A program made the position numbers and the translations under genes. A stretch of 64,000 bases of DNA from a bacterium. GTDB taxonomy: Bacteria; SAR324; NAC60-12. The DNA is taken from the NCBI GenBank assembly GCA_965205865.1, contig CBDBHR010000030.1, positions 864,001 through 928,000 of the forward strand. The letters are read 5' to 3'. This document shows positions 9,721-20,035 of this stretch, piece after piece. Below the pieces are notes generated by a model, which saw only the letters and a program-made list of their open reading frames with translations, did not search any database and was not told the origin of the DNA. Position 1 is the first letter of the stretch; each line of letters starts with the position of its first letter.

Positions 9721-10601
9721 GCGCGGTGCAACTGTTGGGAGATCATATCCTTTTCGGTCTTGGTCAGTTCCTTTCTAGGAAGCGCCAACTCCTCGGCGGC
9801 AAGGGCTTGCAGGGACAGCCTGTCCCAATAGCAGCGGCGCAGCAGCCGAGCGGTCTGGGGATGCTCGTCTTCCAGTTGTCTCAGGGCCCCTCCTACCCGC
9901 TCAATCTTCTCTTCCTGCAATTCCGCCGACTGGGCCTCCCACCAGGCCTGCATAGAGCGCAGCTCATCCACCTCTTCCGGGGCAGCGACTTCCGGCTGCC
10001 GTTTGTCACGTCTGATTTGGTCCAGCAGATGATTCTGAACGACTCTGTACAGCCAACCCAGGAAGGCTTTATCGGCCTCGCCTTGGAATTTCTCCAGCTT
10101 GCTCTCCCACAAATCCTTCCAGATTTCCTGAACCACCTCATCCGCCTGATGGAGGCTCCGATACTTGCCAATCAGCGATTGGGCAGTGTGGAAGGTAAAG
10201 GTGAGGCCGTCCGGGGAAATATCCCAGCTTTCCACCAGACCCCCTGTTCTGGCAGAGTCAGGTATGTAAAAGGCTGTAAGGTCATATTCGTCCCTATCTA
10301 CTGCCCAGTTAAGATTGCCTAGCATCTCGCCAACTTGCTCGTTCAACTTCATCGTTGGATGCCCGAACCAGGCGTCAGAACCCGCAGGCTCGTTTCCTAA
10401 GCCCACGGTCAGTGTCCCACCATACTCTGGCGCGCTCACCACCTTACCCGTGGTTGGGTCGGTCACGTACTTCTTCTCCGCAGCGGCTGTCGGGCCGACC
10501 CAGAGGGCGGTCACGCCCAGGGTGAGGGCCAACAGCACCGAGAAGAGTTTCATCGAAGGCCTGGGGCCTGCCGGGTTCAGCCCCACTACAGAGGCAAACA
10601 T
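9684..10601 (-). CDS. In-frame chimera: SBP N-terminus fused to ECF sigma regions 2-4
   Basis: ...SPDGLTFTFH|TAQSLIGKYRSLHQADEVVQE...; junction at 10187-10192. Confidence 0.85.
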   Translation of the reverse strand: MFASVVGLNPAGPRPSMKLFSVLLALTLGVTALWVGPTAAAEKKYVTDPTTGKVVSAPEYGGTLTVGLGNEPAGSDAWFGHPTMKLNEQVGEMLGNLNWAVDRDEYDLTAFYIPDSARTGGLVESWDISPDGLTFTFHTAQSLIGKYRSLHQADEVVQEIWKDLWESKLEKFQGEADKAFLGWLYRVVQNHLLDQIRRDKRQPEVAAPEEVDELRSMQAWWEAQSAELQEEKIERVGGALRQLEDEHPQTARLLRRCYWDRLSLQALAAEELALPRKELTKTEKDMISQQLHRARERFRGIFEKI

Positions 10602-10740
10602 TTACTGGTTTCAGCTTTTAATCTAAGAGTTTGATTAAATTCATGGATTACTCTAAAATTGAAAGGGTAGAGTCGAAAAAATCAGTTCTAGAATCTGTCA
10701 TTCATGCAGAGTCACTCTCCCCCTAATGAAAGGAACCAAG

Positions 10741-10944
10741 ATGCAATATACAGTAGATACTCAAATCAACGAAGGTCATTTAGAATTAAGTAATCTTCCA
10801 TTTGAAGATGGTTCAGCAGTGAAAGTGGTATTAATCCCGAAAGCATCTTTATCGAAGATGTTATTTCAAAAAGCTCAGGAACTCACCAAAAATATTGAAG
10901 GAAATCTTTCAGATGATATCACTGATGAAAGAGCAGAGAAATGA
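10741..10944 (+). CDS. Putative antitoxin
   Basis: Small ORF overlapping the PIN gene start (ATGA). Confidence 0.7.
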   Translation: MQYTVDTQINEGHLELSNLPFEDGSAVKVVLIPKASLSKMLFQKAQELTKNIEGNLSDDITDERAEK

Positions 10945-11417
10945 ATCTATTCTTAGACACTAGTGCCGTTATTAAACTTTATCATAAAGAGAATGGGTCT
11001 GAGGAACTTGTTGATATACTTCTTCAATATGAAGAGGATTTGGTTCTTACGATTTCTGATATATGTAAAATCGAATTTCATTCAGCCTTTTTAAGAAGAG
11101 TCAGAACAAAAGAAATAGATCGGGAAATTATTGAGCAGGTTTTCCAATATTTTGAGCAAGATTTGGCATTTTATCATATTGTGGAAGTCAACGACAAAGT
11201 AAAACAATCTGCGCTCAGCTTACTTGACGAAGTAGCTTGGGAAAAAGGTTTAAGAACATTGGATGCAATTCAATTAGCCTCAGCTCTGACTGCCCAAAAT
11301 TGGTTACCAATAGCCTATTTCATCAGCGCAGATCAAAAACTTCTCAAGATTGCTAAAGAACATTTTACAGTATTCGATCCAGAAACAAGAAAAACAGAAC
11401 AAGACGCTGGAGCTTAG
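10941..11417 (+). CDS. vapC: PIN-domain (VapC) toxin
   Basis: FLDTSAVIKLYHKE...LRTLDAIQLASA...FISADQKL. Confidence 0.9.
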   Translation: MNLFLDTSAVIKLYHKENGSEELVDILLQYEEDLVLTISDICKIEFHSAFLRRVRTKEIDREIIEQVFQYFEQDLAFYHIVEVNDKVKQSALSLLDEVAWEKGLRTLDAIQLASALTAQNWLPIAYFISADQKLLKIAKEHFTVFDPETRKTEQDAGA

Positions 11418-11419
11418 TG

Positions 11420-11945
11420 GGGGGACTGCCCAGGGCTTTTGCCGCCAGAAAGTAATCATTCTCTTTAATGACGATCACGGCGCCCCGGACGACGCGGGAG
11501 CCTTCCACCCCACCAGCGATCCCCAGCACCAGGATGATCTGGAGCAACCCCTGTCCCACAATGGACATGATGGTCAACAACAACAGCAGCCCCGGGAAGG
11601 CCATCCAGGCATCGACAAAGCGTTGCGCAGCCAGGTCCAATTTCTCGCCAAAGTAGCCTGCAGTGCCGCCGATCAGCACAGCGACCAAGACATGGAGCGT
11701 GGTCGCTGCCAGGCCGACAAATATCGAAATTCGAGCCCCATGGATCAGGCGGCTCATGAGGTCCCGCCCCAGATGATCGGTGCCCAGGAGATATCGGCCC
11801 GATGGGCTGGTCAGCCTGTCTGCCAAGTGGATTTCACCCGGCTTATATGGAGCCACCACACCGGCAAAAATGCTGACTAAAACCAGTAACAGGACGACCA
11901 CTCCCCCGAGAGTACCCAGCGGCTGCTCCTTGAGCAGCCTTCGCA
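11420..11945 (-). pseudogene. DppC-type permease fragment
   Basis: LGTDHLGRDLMSR to ENDYFLAAKALG; both ends truncated. Confidence 0.85.
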
Positions 11946-12164
11946 GCAACACGCCCGGGAAGTGGCAACAACAGAAAGCAGATCTGCAGGAACAGATCGA
12001 GCAGTGGGAGAAGGAAGGGTGAAGCCTTCAAAGTGGATATATGATATTGGCCAATTTAAACCTATTTTAGTGCGTCGCTCATCTCTTTGACAGCCTCGTC
12101 GTCAAGTTTGATGTACTCTAAACCCGCTATTACCGGGGTGAGATAACCCTGCTCACTCACCTCA

Positions 12165-12530
12165 TCAACCGCGCCAAGCTGCGATCTCATCGACCGCCTT
12201 TCGCGCTTCACGCTCCAGAAACCATAAATCCATTCCGTAGCCTATCCAACGAATGCCACTCTCCAACAATGATTTGACCGTGCTTGCCGTGGGCGGTATC
12301 GCCCACTGACAGAACGCGATCCCTTTCCTCTGGCACATGGCACGGACGTGGTCTCTGGCTTCAGTTATCTGGGGATGGTCAAACTGGCCGGCGATACCCA
12401 GCAGTTGTGAGAGATCGGCATGGCCTACCCAGACCACGTCTATCCCGGGGATGAGAATCTCCTCCAAGTTCTCGAGTGCCTCCGGAGTCTCAAGAATAAG
12501 GCCGAGCAACGTGTTGGCGTTAGCGTGAGC
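12165..12530 (-). pseudogene. HpcH/HpaI aldolase-family C-terminal half
   Basis: LILETPEALENLEEIL-IPGIDVVWVGHADLSQLLG. Confidence 0.75.
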
Positions 12531-12601
12531 GCACGCTGCGGATAATTAATAATTCCCCGACTCTAACTCCCTTGCGACCCGATTGGAGAGAGTGTTTGCT
12601 G

Positions 12602-13571
12602 CTAAGCGAAGGGGTTGAGCAGTCTGGCGAGGAATCCTCGTTTGCGTTTCACCATCGCAGATGCCGTAACTGCCCTCACCTCCCCGCAGCCGGGGATCCA
12701 GCAGGTCCCTCACCGCGTCGCCGAACATGTTGAGGGAGTAGACGACAATCGTCAGGCAAAGCCCCGGCCAGAGAGCCAGCCATGGCGCCTGCTCCATGTA
12801 TCTGCGCCCTTCCCAGCTGAGCATACCTCCCCACTCAGGAATCGAGGCTGGCAGACCGTATCCGAGGAAGCTCAGAGCGGCCACACTCAGGATCACCCCC
12901 CCGATGTTGATGCTAAATATGATGATTACGACAGGCATAATATTGGGCAGGACGTGCCGGATAAGCGATCTCATTTTGGTACTGCCAATTGCCCGCGCCG
13001 CCAGAAAGTAGTCATTCTCTTTAATGCCGATAACGGCGCCTCTGACTACTCTTGAGCCGCCGATGCCTCCGGCTATCCCCAGGACCAGTATTATCTGTGG
13101 CACACCCCTCCCCGCTATGGACATTATGGTTAACAAAATTAGCAGTCCCGGGAAAGCCATCCAGGCATCGACAAAGCGCTGCACCACCAGGTCCAATTTA
13201 CCACCAAGGAATCCTGAAATGCCGCCTATCAGGACAGCGACGACAACATTGAGAGCGGTCGCGGCTAGACCGACAATTAACGAAATACGAGCCCCGTAGA
13301 TAATGCGGCTCAAGAAGTCTCGCCCAAACTGGTCGGTACCCAGCAGATACTGGGCTGATGCGCCCTGAAACCTGTCTGCCAGGTGCATTTCACGATATCC
13401 ATAAGGGGCCAGAACATCGGCGAAGATAGCGACAAAAATCAATATCAATATAATAATCCCGCTGATAGTACCTAGTGGCTTCTCCCCCCACAGCCTGATA
13501 AAGAAATCAGCCAAGGCGTTGCGTCTCTTCGTTTCCGCTTCTTGTACCGGGATATCTCTAACCTGACTCAT
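12602..13571 (-). CDS. DppC-type permease with frameshift in C-terminal tail
   Basis: Full permease core; 1-bp insertion near 12660 changes the shared KRKRGF tail and extends the ORF to 12546. Confidence 0.85.
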
Positions 13572-13575
13572 CCAA

Positions 13576-13858
13576 CTACCTGTACCGGACCCTGGGGTCA
13601 AAATAGGGATAAATCAGGTCGATAAACAGATTGACCCCCACAACCGCGGTGGCGAAAACCAGGTTTACTCCGGAGACCATCGGGTAGTCTCGTTCCTCGA
13701 GTGCATTCACCATCAAACGACCGAGCCCCGGCAGGTTGAAGACGTTCTCCATGATCACGGAGCCGCCGATCAGGATAGGCAACTGCATGCCGATCAGGGT
13801 AACTACCGGGATGAGGGCATTTTTGATGGCGTGCCGCACGACAACCACCCGCTCCTTC
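13576..13858 (-). pseudogene. DppB-type permease 3' fragment
   Basis: [18 protein letters not shown]...DPRVRY. Confidence 0.85.
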
Positions 13859-13953
13859 ATTTCAATCGAGAAAATAAAAGACAAATTAATATTTGATCGC
13901 GCCAAGGTAAATCCGAAGCGTTGGGATCGGGAGAAATCCCGTGAAATTTGTTA

Positions 13954-16040
13954 GTGTTACCCAGTGGGTGCTCACAGGAACATATGTGAAATTCCCATCA
14001 GACCAAAGTTTAGCCAACAGGTCAGTAGCGAAATCCGCGTGCGTCACAGTAATGTGGGGTATGAAGCCGGATAGAGCAAGAGTGTAGGCCGCGTGATTGA
14101 GCCTCGAAATAGAAATTGTTGTGGTTTGTATAACTCCCTCAGAGGACTATGATGGAGGAAAGCCGACGGCGTTCAAGTGTCGGAAGGCAGCAGTCCGAGT
14201 GTGCATTAGGGCTAGCACGAGGACACCACCGGGGTCGAAGAGCGGGGCATGCGCTTACAGGGGTAGCTCGGGAACTTGGGAGAACCTGTTGTCTCCATGC
14301 CTAAAATCGCCGGAAGCAAGGTGTACCGGCTTACCAAGAGACCTGGCGTTAGGGGGCGGCTTCCAGCCTCCTGACGAGTCCCAGTGGGAAACACAAAGAA
14401 GAGAAAGCGGGCAGGGTATCGGAAAGCAAGTCTAAACAACGAGCGATTTGAGAGGGGCAATGAGGTAGTCTTAGCGGAACATAGTACCGATGATTAGAGC
14501 CTTAAGGCTGTGATTGAGAAAGTGGGGAACGGAGACCCAAGGGACCCATCGTAGGGAAGGTGAAGCCGGGCATAACGTTCAGTCGAACAGAACTATAGGA
14601 GAAACTTTGAGTTCACTAACTATCTCAACAAAACTTCGACAGATTGCAGAGCAAGCCAAAGGCAATCCTGGAATGATTTTTACCAACTTAGCCCACCACA
14701 TGGACGTTGACTTTCTGCGAGAGGCGTATCGCCGGACCCGTAAATCGGGAGCACCGGGGGTGGACAAGGTGACTGCGAAAGACTATGAGCAGAACCTTGA
14801 AGCAAACCTTCTCGACTTGCATGAACGCTTGCGTAGTGGACGGTACGTAGCGCCGCCGGTTAAACGTGAGTGGATTGACAAGGAAGATGGTTCAAAAAGG
14901 CCGTTGGGGTTGCTAACGTTTGAAGACAAAATCGTTCAAAGGGCCGTTCTGATGCTGTTGGAAGCGATCTATGAGCAAGATTTCCATGACGTTTCCTATG
15001 GTTTTCGGATCAAACGTGGACCCCAGAAAGCACTCAAGGAGCTACGGGAAGAGTGCATGAGGGGGAACGTGGGATGGATACTGGATGCCGATATCAGTGG
15101 ATTTTTCGACAATTTGGACAAAGGCCAGTTGCGAGAATTTATCAAGCAACGGGTCAACGACGGCGCGATATTGCGGTTGATAGGAAAATGGTTGAATGCG
15201 GGGGTCCTGGACGGAATCACCCTGACTCATCCCGAGACGGGGACTCCACAAGGGGCGGTCATTTCACCAATCCTGGCCAATATCTACCTGCATTATGTCC
15301 TGGATGAATGGTACCTAAAAGAGGTCAGACCTCGTCTAAGAGGCAGAAGCAACCTGGTTCGTTTTGCTGATGACTTTGTCATCAGTTTTGAACAGGAAGC
15401 CGACGCCCAAAGAGTGATGGCCGTCTTGCCTAAACGATTTGCTCGCTTTGGCTTGATGATACATCCTGAGAAAACGAAGCTGATTGCATTCAGAAAACCG
15501 GTAGCCAATACGATTGCCGGCAAAGGAAAGGGGACCTTCGACTTCTTAGGATTCACCCATTACTGGGCCAGATCACGCTTTAGTTATTGGGTGATCAAGA
15601 GGAAGACAGCTTCCAAACGAATGAGACGAGCAATGAAGCGACACTGGCAATGGTGCCGGGGCAACCGGCATTTGCCACTGGAGGAACAGTACAAAGCTCT
15701 CTGCCAGAAACTACGCGGATACTACCAATATTTTGGGGTTCGTTGCAATATGCAACAGCTCAAGGTGGTGTACAAACATGTGGAAGAGGCATGGAAGTAT
15801 TGGCTGAGCCGACGCAGTCGCAAAGGAACGGTCTCTTATGAAAAGTTGGAAAAGCTGAGACTCATTTTTCCGCTCCCGAAACCCAGGATCGTCCACGACA
15901 TCTAAACAGGCTTGCAGGGTAGTAAAGTTATGCGTTAGAGGGGTACCAATCCCTCTAATTACCGAGGAACCGTATGAGCGAATTGTTCACGTACGGATCT
16001 GCGGGGGGGCTGGTTGGGTAACCACTGGCTCTACCCGGAC
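13954..16040 (+). mobile_element. Group II intron
   Basis: RT ORF; domain V GAGGAACCGTATG...CGTACGGATCTG and domain VI ending CTACCCGGAC; 5' end GTGTTACCC approximate. Confidence 0.9.
14514..15905 (+). CDS. ltrA: Group II intron reverse transcriptase/maturase (no En domain)
   Basis: APGVD, KRPLG, SYGFR, DADISGFFD, GTPQGAVISPILAN, RFADD, FDFLGF; start codon uncertain. Confidence 0.95.
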   Translation: MRKWGTETQGTHRREGEAGHNVQSNRTIGETLSSLTISTKLRQIAEQAKGNPGMIFTNLAHHMDVDFLREAYRRTRKSGAPGVDKVTAKDYEQNLEANLLDLHERLRSGRYVAPPVKREWIDKEDGSKRPLGLLTFEDKIVQRAVLMLLEAIYEQDFHDVSYGFRIKRGPQKALKELREECMRGNVGWILDADISGFFDNLDKGQLREFIKQRVNDGAILRLIGKWLNAGVLDGITLTHPETGTPQGAVISPILANIYLHYVLDEWYLKEVRPRLRGRSNLVRFADDFVISFEQEADAQRVMAVLPKRFARFGLMIHPEKTKLIAFRKPVANTIAGKGKGTFDFLGFTHYWARSRFSYWVIKRKTASKRMRRAMKRHWQWCRGNRHLPLEEQYKALCQKLRGYYQYFGVRCNMQQLKVVYKHVEEAWKYWLSRRSRKGTVSYEKLEKLRLIFPLPKPRIVHDI

Positions 16041-16063
16041 CCCTTTCTTAATATTTGATCCCT

Positions 16064-16155
16064 TTCCATTTCTTTCTTCAGCTCCTGGTCAAACCATAGG
16101 CGGGCGAAGATGAGCAAGCGGTCCTGCATTGAAAGCCAGACTTCCCCGTTATTCG
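16064..16155 (-). pseudogene. SBP 3'-end fragment
   Basis: NGEVWLSMQDRLLIFARLWFDQELKKEM. Confidence 0.8.
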
Positions 16156-16158
16156 AAA

Positions 16159-16404
16159 TTATTTCTTTTTAAGAGCCTCTTCAATCTCGTGATCCGTGAA
16201 CCCGAATTGTCGAAAGATACGTAAGACATAGACCGATGAGAACTCATGTAATCCCGTATCAATGGGAACCACTTTTTTATTTTTGTTCCATTTTCTCACG
16301 TATAAAGTATGATCTCCTTTGCCTTGTCTATAAAACTCAATCCCAGCAGTCTGCAGTAGTTTGATCAGTTGTCGTGGCTTCAGGGAGGGGATATTGCTAG
16401 GCAT
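16159..16404 (-). CDS. hicA: HicA-family toxin
   Basis: LKPRQLIKLL..G..FYRQGKGDH. Confidence 0.85.
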   Translation of the reverse strand: MPSNIPSLKPRQLIKLLQTAGIEFYRQGKGDHTLYVRKWNKNKKVVPIDTGLHEFSSVYVLRIFRQFGFTDHEIEEALKKK

Positions 16405-16660
16405 GAACAGCGTGTAATTCTAAAACCTCTGTCAGGGATTCGTTGCCAGCGGTTATAAACTCATGGAGTTCATCGATAGAAATGGGAGATGTGCCAATTT
16501 CGGGATCGTCAGCGATGGCTTCCTTTAAGCTTGTCAGGGCATCATTCAATTTTTCAAGCGCTTCTTCTTTGGTGATCCCTTGGGCGGTCACACCATTTTC
16601 AAGGCAAAGCGCCAGGACATATTTACCAATTCTCCGTGTGGTGTATGTGTAAAAATCCAT
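16397..16660 (-). CDS. hicB: HicB-family antitoxin
   Basis: ALCLENGVTAQGITKEEALEKL; overlaps hicA. Confidence 0.85.
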   Translation of the reverse strand: MDFYTYTTRRIGKYVLALCLENGVTAQGITKEEALEKLNDALTSLKEAIADDPEIGTSPISIDELHEFITAGNESLTEVLELHAVHA

Positions 16661-16933
16661 ACCATTTCCTGAAAGAGATACACCTGCTATTTTAAGAATT
16701 TATTCAATTGATTAAGACTATCTTACAAAAGAAGGAGTGAGTCAATCTCTTTTTTAATAGTCTCCTGGGCAACCTTCTACTTATTTGGCGAATCTTCATC
16801 AAGGGAGTAGAGGAAAATATTCGAATCGACTCAGAATACTAAAGGGTTGAGCTGCAATTTTTCTTTTCGAGTTGGAAGAAACCCTCCTCTCCGACGGAGG
16901 GGAGGGTTCGAATGCGGATAGTTGGATTCTTAC

Positions 16934-18751
16934 CTAAAACCCCATTTCTTTCTTCAGCTCCTGGTCAATCCAGAGGCGGGAGAAGATGACCAGACGATCC
17001 ATACTGCCCAGCTGGACTTCCCCGTTATACCCTTTGACCCACGGCTGGTTCGAGTTGAACTTGGCAGGGTGAGGCCCCCAGACATACCCCTGCTGCTCGA
17101 TCAGGACCATATCTGCCTGCCTGGCGTGCCTGATCTGCTCCTCAATGGTGGTCGCGGCTTCGACCGCTTCAATGATGGCGTCCAACTCAGGGTCCTTGAT
17201 TCCGGAGACGTTCCACACGGAGGTCGAGTGACCCCGCCAGCGTACCAAAAAAGCAGCATCCATATTCCAGCCACCAATCGTACCGAACAGACCTTCCCAA
17301 GTCCGTTCGTTTACCAGAGGCATCATAGTAGCTCGGTCGAAGGGTTTAATCTCTGCATCAACGCCAATGGCCTTCCAGTATTCGACCGCTAATTCGGTAT
17401 AGTTTAAATCAAACTCAGCGAAGTGGTTCACCACAGTCTTGAAACCATTGGGATAGCCCGCTTCCTTCAAAAGCTTTTTGGCCTCTTCCGGGTCATACCG
17501 ATAGCCTTTCTTGACCGCTTCAGGCCACTGCTCAAATGGGATGTAATACCCGCTGATTTGATCCCCGACCATCCCCTGAGGTGTCGCATTGGCAGTCCCC
17601 TTAAAGTAGGTATTGTTGATGGTCTCCAGGTCCAGTGCCATCTGCATTGCCTGGCGCACCCGGATGTCGTCAAAGGGCGGCTTGGTCGCGTCCAGGGCAA
17701 AAACCGTCTCCGCACGATCCCACCATGGGTTCAACACGATTTCGGGGTTGGTCCGCCGGAAGCTCTCTATCTGGTCAAGAGACGTTATATGAGAGTCGCC
17801 GGCAGGGAAACCCAGGTAATCAATCTTACCCGAGCGCATTCCCGCCAGGCGTGTCGCTTCCTCTTTAATAATCTGGCCCTTCAACTCGTCCACATAGGGC
17901 AAGCGGTTCTGGGGGTATTTTTCGTCGGTGTCCCAGTAGTCCGGATTCTTCGTCCAGGTCATCGAGCTGCCGTCGACCCAGTCGGTCAGCCTATAGGGCC
18001 CGGTGCCGACGAATCTCCGCCAGTCCTTCGCGTCGCCGTATTGCTGGATCACCTCGGGGGGTAACATAAAAGTAGCGGCGTCCAGGATTAACTTCAGCGC
18101 CTTGAGGTTTGGCTCCTTCAGCCTCATCACAACCGTCGCATCGTCAGTGGCCGTTATCGATTCCCATGGCAAAGGCTTGATAAATGATGCGGAACCACCG
18201 GGGCTCACTTCGGTGAAGCCGCTGCCCAGAGCCAAATACCGGTGATAGTTATATTCGATATCCTTGGCCGTCAATGCTCTCCCATTCATCGGCGCCTTGT
18301 CGTGCCAGTGAACGCCCTGGCGGATTTTGAAGACATAAGTCAGCGGGTCAGGTTGCTCCCAGCTTTCCGCCAGTGCCCCTGTAAAGGCAGAGAGAGCAAT
18401 GTACTGACTTGAGAAGCTAAATTCGTCCCGATCGATTCCCCAGTTTCCGATGCCCAGCTTCTCTGCAACGCCACTGATGGCTGCTCCCGGCGAGTGCGTG
18501 AACCAGGGGTCCGTGTGCGGAGGTTCGAGTTTCATGGCAAAGGTCAATCTCCCGCCGTACGATGGTGCAGTCACGACCTTACCTGTGCTGGGATCCGTCA
18601 CATACTTCTTCTCCGCAGCGGCTGTCGGGCCGACCCAGAGGGTTGCGCCCAGAATGAAAGCCAGCAGCACCGAGAGGAGTTTCATGGCAGACCTGGGGCC
18701 TGCCGGGTTCAGCCCCACGAAGGAGGCGACAAGTTTTTTTATAATACTCAT
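16934..18751 (-). CDS. ABC peptide/nickel-family substrate-binding protein
   Basis: Family-5 SBP motifs; shared MSIIKK leader. Confidence 0.95.
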   Translation of the reverse strand: MSIIKKLVASFVGLNPAGPRSAMKLLSVLLAFILGATLWVGPTAAAEKKYVTDPSTGKVVTAPSYGGRLTFAMKLEPPHTDPWFTHSPGAAISGVAEKLGIGNWGIDRDEFSFSSQYIALSAFTGALAESWEQPDPLTYVFKIRQGVHWHDKAPMNGRALTAKDIEYNYHRYLALGSGFTEVSPGGSASFIKPLPWESITATDDATVVMRLKEPNLKALKLILDAATFMLPPEVIQQYGDAKDWRRFVGTGPYRLTDWVDGSSMTWTKNPDYWDTDEKYPQNRLPYVDELKGQIIKEEATRLAGMRSGKIDYLGFPAGDSHITSLDQIESFRRTNPEIVLNPWWDRAETVFALDATKPPFDDIRVRQAMQMALDLETINNTYFKGTANATPQGMVGDQISGYYIPFEQWPEAVKKGYRYDPEEAKKLLKEAGYPNGFKTVVNHFAEFDLNYTELAVEYWKAIGVDAEIKPFDRATMMPLVNERTWEGLFGTIGGWNMDAAFLVRWRGHSTSVWNVSGIKDPELDAIIEAVEAATTIEEQIRHARQADMVLIEQQGYVWGPHPAKFNSNQPWVKGYNGEVQLGSMDRLVIFSRLWIDQELKKEMGF

Positions 18752-18894
18752 AATAACCTCTTTTATTTGAGGGTTTTGAGAATGATTCACCCGCTGTGGG
18801 GCGAATCGGAGTTTCGCGGCGGACACGACGTCTGCCACAGGGAACTCTCTGCAGAGGGCGAAAAGTTTCTTCGCGAGCATCTTCATCCGGACTA

Positions 18895-19388
18895 TTTTTT
18901 TGACCAGAATGGGTCTTTTTTGAGGAAAATGAGCGTTTGGAAACCGAGCCCTTCTATTTATATAACAGAAAAATACTCAAATTGCTGATATTAAATGACA
19001 TTTCTTCAATTTCACAGGATGAAATTTGTTTGATACAGTGTTCAGATGGCCAAAATCAGCAAAAAATATTTTTGATGAGTTTTCCCAAAATATTCGTTTC
19101 TTGAAAATAGGTGAATACCATTAAATATCATGTGGTTATCTAATTTTCGGCCAAGCACTATTTATATAACGTACCAAGAGCCAGAATCTGACAAAAAAAA
19201 TCAAATTTTCTCAAAAATCTCCTGAAATCGCTCTCTGTCATCCGGACTATTTTTTTGACCAGAATGGGTCTTTTTTGAGGAAAATGAGCGTTTGGAAACC
19301 GAGCCCTTCTATTTATATAACGTACCAAGAGCCAGAATCTGACAAAAAAAATCAAATTTTCTCAAAAATTCCCCGAAATCGCTCTCTG
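18895..19388 (-). repeat. Sigma-3'-end/promoter repeat x2, first copy interrupted
   Basis: Units split by 191-bp insert 18967-19157. Confidence 0.9.
18967..19157. mobile_element. AT-rich MITE-like insertion
   Basis: Flanked by 13-bp direct repeat CTATTTATATAAC; subterminal imperfect inverted repeat TGATATTAAATG/CATTAAATATCA. Confidence 0.6.
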
Positions 19389-19957
19389 GCGCGGTGCAAC
19401 TGTTGGGCGATCCGGTGCTTTTCCGTTTGGCTCAGTTCCTCTCTAGGAAGCTCCAACTCCTCGGCGGCAAGGGCTTCAAGGGACAGCCCGTCCCAATAGC
19501 AGCGGCGCAGCAGCCGAGCGGTCTGGGGATGCTCGTCTTCCAGTTGTGTCAGGGCCCCTCCTACCCGGTCAATCTTCTCTTCCTGCAATTCCGCCGACTG
19601 GGCCTCCCACCAGGCCTGCATAGAGCGCAGCTCATCCACCTCTTCCGGGGCAGCGACTTCCGGCTGCCGTTTGTCACGTCTGATTTGGTCCAGCAGATGA
19701 TTCTGAACGACTCTGTACAGCCAACCCAGGAAGGCTTTATCGGCCTCGCCTTGGAATTTCTCCAGCTTGCTCTCCCACAAATCCTTCCAGATTTCCTGAA
19801 CCACCTCATCCGCCTGATGGAGGCTCCGATACTTGCCAATCAGCGATTGGGCAGTGTGGACGATATATGCCCTGTAGTGTTGGTACAACTCCTCAAAAGC
19901 GTCTTCCTTCCCTTGAACGGACCCCTCCAGCAGTTCCCGCAATGTTTTCCGGTTCAT
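19352..19957 (-). CDS. ECF sigma-70 factor
   Basis: Region 2 ADEVVQEIW...FLGWLYRVVQNHLLDQIRR; region 4 HTH LSLEALAAE...QQLHRARERF; 201 aa. Confidence 0.92.
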   Translation of the reverse strand: MNRKTLRELLEGSVQGKEDAFEELYQHYRAYIVHTAQSLIGKYRSLHQADEVVQEIWKDLWESKLEKFQGEADKAFLGWLYRVVQNHLLDQIRRDKRQPEVAAPEEVDELRSMQAWWEAQSAELQEEKIDRVGGALTQLEDEHPQTARLLRRCYWDGLSLEALAAEELELPREELSQTEKHRIAQQLHRARERFRGIFEKI

Positions 19958-20006
19958 CGTTGGACTCGGTTTTGATTTTCAGCCAAGAACGCCCAAGAAC
20001 AGCCTC

Positions 20007-20035
20007 AATATAGGAAAAGCAAGAGGGAAACGCAA
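20007..20035 (-). promoter_or_regulatory. Putative sigma70 promoter of ECF gene
   Basis: TTGCGT-N17-TATATT; present upstream of sigma copies at 1397, 19957, 24441, 39278; absent at 30890. Confidence 0.55.

Noticed and set aside
13954-16040. RT as a DGR or retron diversifying the SBP or sigma genes
   Set aside because: Clear group II domain V/VI and maturase; no TR/VR pair with adenine-specific differences seen
19394-19975. Repeated + strand ORFs opposite sigma, SBP and permease genes
   Set aside because: Antisense shadows of GC-rich coding sequence; no recognisable motifs
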